IMG/VR virus record: IMGVR_UViG_3300037484_000473
Coordinates: 1 to 35,087 of that record
Origin: a virus
Length of the DNA stretch: 35,087 nt
Reading direction: 5' to 3' (one strand)
The notes beneath the pieces were generated by a model. The model ran no database searches, was not told the origin of the DNA, and saw nothing but the letters and a program-made list of their open reading frames with translations. Position 1 is the first letter of the stretch, and every line of letters starts with the position of its first letter. Of this stretch, positions 24,739-30,948 are shown in pieces. The translations under genes and the position numbers were made by a program.

Positions 24739-25227
24739 GTGGTTGGCGCCGGTTCGGTGGATCCCCCGGCGAAATGGAGCAACGTCGATAGCGTGGCAGA
24801 CGACCTTCCGAGATGGATTCGGATTCAGCAGCTTAAGGATCGTGCTCTTGCAGATCATTTGGAGCGTCAATACGCCGCTCCAAAAGAGGTCGACTCGACT
24901 TCGTTGACCAAGGCGCAACTTGCCAAGGCACTCGGGGTGTCGTCGTCGACGGTTTCAACGTGGCTGCGTGAGGGGATCCCCTGCCTTCGGCGGGGCAATG
25001 TTGTTCGATTTGATCTGGAGCAAGTTAAGCAATGGGCAGGCACGCAAGCGGGTGGAAACTCCGTCTCAGCACCGGCAGCAAAACCTACTCGGTTAGGTTC
25101 TGGTCGGCGAAGGAACAACGCCAAGTCGAGCTCAGCACAGGCGAGCAAGACCCTGATCGAGCTGCGGAGAGAGCTGCGGTCCTCTACTCGGACCACGTCC
25201 AAGGGCGCCTTAAAGACCGGCAAATAA
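24739..25227 (+). CDS. Excisionase-family HTH protein (Xis or regulator candidate); 3' end overlaps int by 196 nt
   Basis: The HTH segment is LTKAQLAKALGVSSSTVSTWLREGIPCLRRGNVVRFDLEQVKQW. There is no in-frame ATG; candidate starts are TTG 24739 or GTG 24793. Confidence 0.55.
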   Translation: MVGAGSVDPPAKWSNVDSVADDLPRWIRIQQLKDRALADHLERQYAAPKEVDSTSLTKAQLAKALGVSSSTVSTWLREGIPCLRRGNVVRFDLEQVKQWAGTQAGGNSVSAPAAKPTRLGSGRRRNNAKSSSAQASKTLIELRRELRSSTRTTSKGALKTGK

Positions 25228-26102
25228 AGCAAGCTGGAACACCAGCGGCCATGGAAGATGCCGCGGTGAAGTGGATCGAAGCTTCAAGGGGGTTGATCGC
25301 AGACAACACGCTAACCACCTATGCCCAGTACTTCTCTAGCCACCTGGTGGACGCCTTCCCTTCCCTGCTTGATGTCACTCCTTCATCGGTCAAGGAATAC
25401 ATCACCAAGAGGTTGGCAGTCGTTCGAGCCCAAAGCGTCCGGAAGGAGTTGTCGGCACTCCGTGGGGTGACGGCTTGGGCTGCTGAGACCGGCTTGATTG
25501 CAGAGCAGCCTTTGATCCCAGGGATCGCCAAGAAGGTTCAGGGGACAGCCTGGTCGAAGAAACGACGTTCGAAGGCTGGACGACTTGAGGTTGAAGAAAT
25601 CGAAGCCTTCTTGGCGGCGCTACCTGTCACGGTAGCCAAGATTGGGTTCGTCCAAGCGAGGTTCGTACTTCAATACGAGATGGCATTGAGGCCCTCGCTC
25701 GTAGACCGCTTATCTGCCCCTGAGCATTGGTACCCCGGGAGCAAATACCTAACCCTCGATGCCAGTTCAATGAAGGCCAGAACCGAGTCCGAGAAGCTAC
25801 TCACCCATCGAGCCAAGCAAGCTCTAGAGGATTCATACCGCGGCCCAGGGCTGATCTACGGGTGCCATGACTACCGCTTGGTAGTTGCCGAGGCGGCCCT
25901 GGTCCTCCCTCCGGAGAAGGCTGCCACCTTCACAACCGCTCACTTGCGGTCAGCCGGACTGACTCACCTGGTTGACCAAGGGGCCAGTTTGGCCGAGGTG
26001 CAGGCCCATGCTGACCACAAATTGGCCAGTACGACTGACCGTTATTTGAGGTCCTCAAAGAAGTCCCTGGAAGCGTTTCTCGTCCGTCGTGGACGGGCAT
26101 AA
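25032..26102 (+). CDS. int: Tyrosine recombinase (phage integrase)
   Basis: The N-terminus reads GRHASGWKLRL..SKTYSVRF. The catalytic region contains ALRPS, HDYR, TAHLRSAGLTHL and HADHKLASTTDRYL (R...H-x-x-R...H...Y). Confidence 0.85.
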   Translation: MGRHASGWKLRLSTGSKTYSVRFWSAKEQRQVELSTGEQDPDRAAERAAVLYSDHVQGRLKDRQIKQAGTPAAMEDAAVKWIEASRGLIADNTLTTYAQYFSSHLVDAFPSLLDVTPSSVKEYITKRLAVVRAQSVRKELSALRGVTAWAAETGLIAEQPLIPGIAKKVQGTAWSKKRRSKAGRLEVEEIEAFLAALPVTVAKIGFVQARFVLQYEMALRPSLVDRLSAPEHWYPGSKYLTLDASSMKARTESEKLLTHRAKQALEDSYRGPGLIYGCHDYRLVVAEAALVLPPEKAATFTTAHLRSAGLTHLVDQGASLAEVQAHADHKLASTTDRYLRSSKKSLEAFLVRRGRA

Positions 26103-26445
26103 CAGGGAGGGTAGTAGGGAGCCACCACCTAACTATCGGAATTTAGACAATAAAAAACGCTAGATCAGTGAACCTGAATCTAGCGCGTCTGCCAGTTCCG
26201 CCATCTTCGCAGTGAATGATTTCCGGCACTTACCGTCTCAATCGGTCTAGGGAGGGTCTCGGAAGGTGTGCCAAATAGCAGGGAGGGTTTTCCGAAACAG
26301 GGAGGGTCTCCCTAGTATCCCTGGGAGGCTCCAGACAGGTTCTAGTGCCTCTTCGGGGCGGCCTTTAAAGCACCCCTCGGGTGGACGGTCAAGGGGCTCC
26401 CCTTCGTTGCAGCGCCTTAAAAGGATGTAGGGAGGCTCTCCCTAG
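26103..26445. promoter_or_regulatory. att-like region with five AGGGAGG sites, two of them full dyads (AGGGAG-N3-CTCCCT)
   Basis: Sites are at 26103..26112, 26248..26260, 26279..26290, 26298..26312 (dyad) and 26428..26445 (dyad TAGGGAG-gct-CTCCCTA). Confidence 0.55.
26151..26185 (-). terminator. Rho-independent terminator oriented for leftward transcription
   Basis: The minus strand reads CGCTAGAT-t-CAG-gttca-CTG-ATCTAGCG followed by TTTTTTATT. Confidence 0.6.
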
Positions 26446-26575
26446 AAGACCCCTCACCTCCTCCCAGACATCCACCATAGAAAATGGAGCCACTTCACCG
26501 ACTTGCGCCGGACCGGCTAGCCTATCTTCTATGGAGTTATCCCGCAGATCCCGTATGTTAGGGGCACTCCGGAGA

Positions 26576-26602
26576 ACTCCATTTGACGGCTCGAAATGGA
26601 GT
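26576..26602. promoter_or_regulatory. Dyad ACTCCATTT-9 nt-AAATGGAGT upstream of the Cys-rich peptide gene
   Basis: 9-bp perfect arms are at 26576..26584 and 26594..26602. The AAATGGAG core recurs at 24772, 26482 and 27366. Confidence 0.6.
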
Positions 26603-26642
26603 CTGCAGGCTAATGTTTATTAGTCTGAAGGAGACTCACCCA

Positions 26643-26816
26643 ATGCTCAAAGTGTCAATTGCCGCGTTACTCATCAGCCTCACCACCGCTGAAGCTCCCC
26701 CAACCGCACAACCCCAAGGCTGGGGTTCATGCTGGGAGGTTAAGCCGATCTGCATCCAGGGGGCTCCCATCTGCATGTGCGATCAACGCAACAAGTGCTT
26801 TTGGGCTTGTCGTTGA
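26643..26816 (+). CDS. 57-aa secreted six-cysteine mini-protein (18-aa signal peptide plus 39-aa mature peptide)
   Basis: AAGGAG lies 8 nt upstream of the ATG. The signal peptide is MLKVSIAALLISLTTAEA and the mature part is PPTAQPQGWGSCWEVKPICIQGAPICMCDQRNKCFWACR. An alternative in-frame ATG is at 26613. Confidence 0.6.
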   Translation: MLKVSIAALLISLTTAEAPPTAQPQGWGSCWEVKPICIQGAPICMCDQRNKCFWACR

Positions 26817-26826
26817 GGGGGACGCC

Positions 26827-27009
26827 ATGTCGAGCCAAGAAATCCCGGCCCACAAGGGAGACGATGAAATCCTCCAGAAGCTGCAGGAGCAGCTCAGCCT
26901 AGAGGACTGGACGAAGCTTCGTCGGGGGCTAGCCCTCTTAGAAGATGAGGAGCCGACCACCAAACGTTCCAGCGCCCTCACGGTCAGGCACCACAAGGAG
27001 AGCCCGTAA
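26827..27009 (+). CDS. 60-aa acidic hypothetical protein
   Basis: The ATG is preceded by GAGGGGGA, 10 nt after the preceding stop. Confidence 0.45.
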   Translation: MSSQEIPAHKGDDEILQKLQEQLSLEDWTKLRRGLALLEDEEPTTKRSSALTVRHHKESP

Positions 27010-27134
27010 TGTACTGGTGGATCTCGCTAGCACTGTGTTTCGTGGTTCCGCCGGTAGGGATCTTCCTCCTGATTATCCCTTTCGTTCTCAACTTTCTGGG
27101 GATAGCGGCATGGCTCCACTACGCCAAGAAGTAG
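27009..27134 (+). CDS. 41-aa hydrophobic membrane peptide (MYWWISLALCFVVPPVGIFLLIIPFVLNFLGIAAWLHYAKK)
   Basis: It has a TAATG overlap with the preceding ORF. It falls below the ORF-track size cutoff and was translated by hand. Confidence 0.45.
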   Translation: MYWWISLALCFVVPPVGIFLLIIPFVLNFLGIAAWLHYAKK

Positions 27135-27364
27135 GATTCTGCTGCATTTGCGGCCAGGTGATCCCCAAGACCGATCTCGTCCAACTGCCACGGAGGGAGC
27201 GTGCTCGGCTGTACGTAGCTCGTTCCTTCGGATGGTTTGCACATGTCGGCTGTAGGGCCGCTCTAACCCGAACCCTGGCCCCCTACCTCGCCAGATTCCC
27301 GACAATCCGGGCGGACAATCAGGTCGTCGATGGGGTCCTGGGGCTTGAGCCCACCCCTTTTTAG
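27110..27364 (+). CDS. 84-aa hypothetical protein with CCICG and HVGC motifs
   Basis: This uses an internal ATG of ORF 26945..27364 and overlaps the 41-aa ORF by 25 nt. Confidence 0.4.
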   Translation: MAPLRQEVGFCCICGQVIPKTDLVQLPRRERARLYVARSFGWFAHVGCRAALTRTLAPYLARFPTIRADNQVVDGVLGLEPTPF

Positions 27365-27449
27365 AAAATGGAGTAAGCTTTCTTAGTTTTCATATCCCCG
27401 CAATTGTTGCGCCAGGGACATAAGGTAGGTAATTTTGGCCGCGAAGAAG

Positions 27450-27632
27450 ATGCCCCGAGTACCCCCCAAAGCCGACTCAACGGCCATGAATTTCTTCTTG
27501 CCGGCCAAGCTGCACGCCAAGATCAAAGCAGCTGCAGCCCTGAGGCTGATGTCCATGCAGGACCTAGTGATTGAGATCCTCGCCCGAGAGATCGACAAGG
27601 AACTTGCTTCAGCGGTGAAGAAGTCCAGCTGA
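27450..27632 (+). CDS. Ribbon-helix-helix (Arc/MetJ/CopG-type) DNA-binding protein
   Basis: MNFFLPAKLHAKIKAAAALRLMSMQDLVIEILAREI fits the beta-strand/helix/helix RHH pattern. Possible starts are at 27435, 27450 or 27486. Confidence 0.55.
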   Translation: MPRVPPKADSTAMNFFLPAKLHAKIKAAAALRLMSMQDLVIEILAREIDKELASAVKKSS

Positions 27633-27642
27633 GCCCAAATAG

Positions 27643-27680
27643 CCTCAAGGCCCACAACCTAGAGGAAGGGGGCCTTGAGG
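27643..27680. terminator. Hairpin CCTCAAGGCCC-16 nt-GGGCCTTGAGG between convergent units
   Basis: An 11-bp perfect stem lies 11 nt after the RHH stop. There is no strong U-tract. Confidence 0.4.
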
Positions 27681-27886
27681 GGTGCAGTGAACATCCAATC
27701 CAAACTCACCAAGATAGACGGACCGATCCCAGGGGGGTCCTTAGCCCAAATCGACGACCTACAGTAGAGCCCCTTTGACTACCTGTCGTTTAGGATCCAC
27801 CGCCCACGGCTCACGTATGGAGAGCGAAGCCGGGGGCGGCTTCATGGGTAGTTACGGCCAAGGCAGCTTGCTTCTTTAGGTGGACC

Positions 27887-28663
27887 CTACACCGTAAGCA
27901 TCTCCTCTACCCGCCTGTCCTCAATAGCAGCCTTCCTTCGCAAGGGCTGATCGCTTTTGAACATCCAGCCCTTGGCCTCTTGGATCTGCCTGTACGTGTC
28001 TGCAATCCGTTGAACTTCCGGGTCATCCGAGAGTGTTAGCTTGTTGATCGCTTTCTTCGAAGCGATCAGGACCGAAGGCTGGCAGATTTTCAACTCCTCG
28101 GCGGTATGACTGAAGCTACCGTTATACCAATAAAGCACGAGCATGGCTGCGACACTTACTCTCGGTGGTTGGCTATTACGGTCCGTCTTGCGTGGCTTGT
28201 TTCGGCTGCGACGTGGCTTTGAGATCACAATCCGGTTCGCTTCTCCGAGGGCTTTCGTAAGCTTCTCGGTTAGCTCTTCTCGAGTGTATTGAGGCCGAGA
28301 GGCCACGAACTTTAGCCGCCTTAATGCCTTCTGAAAATGAAATGATGTTCCAGCTTGGGAGAGACCAAGGATCTCTACCATCTGGAATTGCCTCAGCCCA
28401 CCGAGAGCCATGCGAAGCATGTCGGCATCGGTATCAGGGAGCTGGGAAAGAAGGCTCTCGAACGACTGCGTGGGTGACTCGGGCTCTAGCTTATCGGTCT
28501 CAAGATCATCGACGTAAGGGATCCCTTTAGCTCGCAGAAGAGCTGGATCCAAAGGCGTTATGAACGGTCGCCAAGGCATCTTGGATCTTACACCCTCGCG
28601 AGCGTATGTGCAGACCGAAACTCGTGTACCTCGCAGATGCCTTGTGTTCTCCTGAGAGGTCAT
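27887..28663 (-). CDS. 258-aa DNA-binding protein with a sigma-70 region-4/LuxR-like HTH and a second C-terminal HTH
   Basis: DADMLRMALGGLRQFQMVEILGLSQAGTSFHFQKALRRLK fits the region 4.2 pattern. A second HTH-like segment is SHTAEELKICQPSVLIASKKAINKL. The gene has a TAATG overlap with the upstream gene. Confidence 0.5.
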   Translation of the reverse strand: MTSQENTRHLRGTRVSVCTYAREGVRSKMPWRPFITPLDPALLRAKGIPYVDDLETDKLEPESPTQSFESLLSQLPDTDADMLRMALGGLRQFQMVEILGLSQAGTSFHFQKALRRLKFVASRPQYTREELTEKLTKALGEANRIVISKPRRSRNKPRKTDRNSQPPRVSVAAMLVLYWYNGSFSHTAEELKICQPSVLIASKKAINKLTLSDDPEVQRIADTYRQIQEAKGWMFKSDQPLRRKAAIEDRRVEEMLTV

Positions 28664-28962
28664 TAAGTCGCAGGGAATTCACTTGGATCAACCACGAAGC
28701 TAACGTCCCCTGTCGTGCCCACGTAGGCACCCGTGCCAACGTACCTATACGTCCAAGTGCCAGCCGTGGCGAGGTCGATCCGGTACGTGTAGTTGCCGGT
28801 GGAAGTCCTGGTGACTGTGCCCGGATAGGTGTACTCCACTGGCGTTGCGGCCCCAGGGATCAGAAGCTGAAGGGTCACCTCGGTCGGGTCTACAGCAACA
28901 CCGGCAACGGTAGTGAAGGCTCCGGTTACGTCTATCTGACTGTCTATTGGGTAGTTGCTCAT
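28663..28962 (-). CDS. 99-aa beta-sandwich-like small structural protein
   Basis: It shows the T/Y/G-rich pattern ...YTYPGTVTRTSTGNYTYRIDLATAGTWTYRYVGTG... and has an ATGA overlap with the upstream gene. Confidence 0.6.
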   Translation of the reverse strand: MSNYPIDSQIDVTGAFTTVAGVAVDPTEVTLQLLIPGAATPVEYTYPGTVTRTSTGNYTYRIDLATAGTWTYRYVGTGAYVGTTGDVSFVVDPSEFPAT

Positions 28963-29330
28963 GCTGCCTCCACGAGGGTGATTTCTTCGGTAGTTGTGCT
29001 GACGAGGACGACGTATGTGGTACCGCTGGTGACCACGGTGACGATGATGACATCGGTAGTCACATCGACATGACGCTCAATAGCCCTCGCTAGCCCAGCT
29101 TCGGTCTGCTTGCTGTGAGCCTCAGCGATCAAGCCAAGGATAGGATGCTGAGCCAAGCTAGCTTCGGTCTGCTTCGCATGAGCCTCTGCTACCGTGCCAA
29201 TGAGGGTTCGGAGAGCTGTTCCGGCTTCCGTTTGCTTGGTATGAGCCTCAGCAATAGCCGCAGAACGAGCTACTAGATTTGGTTCTAGCGTCGATAGCGG
29301 CAGTTCTGAGAGTGATTTCCAGGAGAGCAT
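28959..29330 (-). CDS. 123-aa protein with three 21-aa tandem repeats (AEAHxKQTEA) and a beta-rich C-terminus
   Basis: Repeats lie at residues 26-39, 47-60 and 68-81 (nt 29088..29255). Confidence 0.65.
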   Translation of the reverse strand: MLSWKSLSELPLSTLEPNLVARSAAIAEAHTKQTEAGTALRTLIGTVAEAHAKQTEASLAQHPILGLIAEAHSKQTEAGLARAIERHVDVTTDVIIVTVVTSGTTYVVLVSTTTEEITLVEAA

Positions 29331-29332
29331 GA

Positions 29333-30541
29333 CTATACCGTGAGGCTGGTAGTTCCACCTGTGGTGGTGCTGTTTGCTGTCGGACCAGCATATGTCTCAG
29401 TGTTGGAGCCTAGGATCGTGAGGCTGCAGACACCGCCGTACCCACCTATGCTGTCACCACCAGCAGTGTTGCCCGCCCCACCGACAGATCGCAGCAAGCT
29501 AGCAGCGGACGATCCGGCTATGCCACCCGCAATCAAGACGACTGCACCACCACCACCTCCTCCACCAGAACCAGTACTGTTGGCCCCGGCACCACCTGCA
29601 CCACCTGTGGACACGATAGAGCCAGCGGCATTGCCTGAGGCTCTCGTAAGCGTCCTACATGCGACAAAGATCCCCGGACCACCCTCTCCTCCACCAGAGC
29701 CAGCATAGTAGTCAGGGTCGTTGATCGGGATAGATGCTCCACCTCCACCTCCTCCACCTGATAGATGAAGCGCTCCGTATAGGGCATGGATTTGGTGATA
29801 GGGAAATGCTCCAACATTACCGCCCAATCCTCCTCTGGAATAATTCCACATCCCTCCTGATCCACCACGACCACCCCAACCCGAAGAATCTGACCCAGAC
29901 TCACCATTCCAAGCAATTCTACCGGGTTCACTAGTAACCTGGGAACCACTGGCACCACTACCACCCTTCGATGCCCGGGTAGATCCATATCCACCTAACC
30001 CACCAAACGTTTCCGAATTGTTGCTTCCTGCCGCACCAGTGACATAGATCCGTGAAGCACTCGTTGCACCCGATAGATCTAGAGTCCCTGCACAGTAGAT
30101 CCGATAGCCTGCGGTGTTGATCGCACCGGCCGTAATGGTCAAGTGCCGATAATGCATATCCCTGGTCAGGGTTGTGGTTCCGGACGTGACCGACAAATCA
30201 CCATCGGAACCATCACCAAAAGGCAATGCTACCGCCTGGGCTGAGAACGCCGGGAAATCGAGGAAGACGTCCTTCACACCCGAAGCAAAGCTCACCAGAG
30301 AACCGCTGTTCGAACTGGCAAAGACAACCTCACGGGTCAACGTGGACGTAGTAGCCAGGGTCCCGTAGCCGACTTCCCATGCACTCCCGTCCTGCATGGC
30401 GATCACGTAGTAGACGGAGTTTCCTGTAGTGATCGCACTCGTGAACGTCCGACACCCCGTAGCAGCGCCGGCAAGGGTGACGGTACCCGTGCCCGTGGTG
30501 CTCGTGGTTTCTCTGATTCTATCGGCGAATTGGTGGGACAT
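29333..30541 (-). CDS. 402-aa glycine-rich tail fibre-like protein
   Basis: The N-terminus reads ..RIRETTSTTGTGTVTLAGAATG...WEVGYGTL...LTREVVFASSNSG, which is like a conserved phage fibre N-domain (from memory). The C-terminal two thirds are GGxGG-rich and include two G7 runs. Confidence 0.6.
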   Translation of the reverse strand: MSHQFADRIRETTSTTGTGTVTLAGAATGCRTFTSAITTGNSVYYVIAMQDGSAWEVGYGTLATTSTLTREVVFASSNSGSLVSFASGVKDVFLDFPAFSAQAVALPFGDGSDGDLSVTSGTTTLTRDMHYRHLTITAGAINTAGYRIYCAGTLDLSGATSASRIYVTGAAGSNNSETFGGLGGYGSTRASKGGSGASGSQVTSEPGRIAWNGESGSDSSGWGGRGGSGGMWNYSRGGLGGNVGAFPYHQIHALYGALHLSGGGGGGGASIPINDPDYYAGSGGGEGGPGIFVACRTLTRASGNAAGSIVSTGGAGGAGANSTGSGGGGGGGAVVLIAGGIAGSSAASLLRSVGGAGNTAGGDSIGGYGGVCSLTILGSNTETYAGPTANSTTTGGTTSLTV

Positions 30542-30552
30542 CGTCTAACCCC

Positions 30553-30939
30553 TTATGCTGGGTGGGTATGCGTCCAACTGGTGATTGAGATGGCTTGACC
30601 AGCCACGATTGACGTAGCGTCTACGATCATGTCCGCACCTGAACCGCTGAGGCCGATTGTGCCTTCCCACACCTGAGTAAATGTCCCGGAACGGTCAAAG
30701 ACTCGGTACTTGGACATCGTTCCGGGGGTGATGCAGGTTGCTGTGAGTGGCAGTCCAGCGGCTGTAGCTACACCCGTGGAAGCCGCACCAAAGGAAGGGT
30801 TGGGCAGGTAGATCAGCACGAGGATGTTGTAGACGCTGTCATCCAACTCCAACCAAGCTGGTGAAGCACCGACGTCAACCAAGTCGACGACAGCGTTGCA
30901 AGCAGCGTTTCTAGGGGCAGTTTCAAGTGTTACGGCCAT
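30553..30939 (-). CDS. 128-aa fibre-module protein, paralogue B
   Basis: It shares RNAACNAVVDLVDVG and GTIG.SGSGADMIVD.TSI..GQ.ISITSWTHT.PA with the adjacent gene. Confidence 0.7.
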   Translation of the reverse strand: MAVTLETAPRNAACNAVVDLVDVGASPAWLELDDSVYNILVLIYLPNPSFGAASTGVATAAGLPLTATCITPGTMSKYRVFDRSGTFTQVWEGTIGLSGSGADMIVDATSIVAGQAISITSWTHTHPA

Positions 30940-30948
30940 GGTAGATCC

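Noticed and set aside
24317-24918. ORFs in the switch region (24317..24643 -, 24701..24907 +, 24709..24918 -).
   Set aside because: None has an RBS. They overlap the well-supported HTH genes or each other, and the region carries the promoter- and operator-like elements expected of a non-coding switch.
26103-26640. I searched for a tRNA or tmRNA 3' fragment (T-loop GGTTCGAATCC-like) marking the attP core, and considered ORF 26381..26623 (+).
   Set aside because: No T-loop or acceptor-like sequence was seen by eye. The 80-aa ORF runs across the repeat/dyad region without an RBS, and its 3' part is better explained as the leader of the Cys-rich peptide gene.
27383-27655. Minus-strand ORF of 90 aa opposite the RHH gene.
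   Set aside because: The plus-strand frame gives a textbook ribbon-helix-helix pattern. The minus-strand product has no motif, no RBS and no operon context.
29340-29994. ORFs 29340..29708 (+) and 29533..29994 (-), proline- and valine-rich.
   Set aside because: They are products of the triplet-periodic GGN/CCN tracts of the glycine-rich fibre-like gene read in other frames. The 402-aa frame has the conserved fibre N-domain and is coupled to its neighbours.
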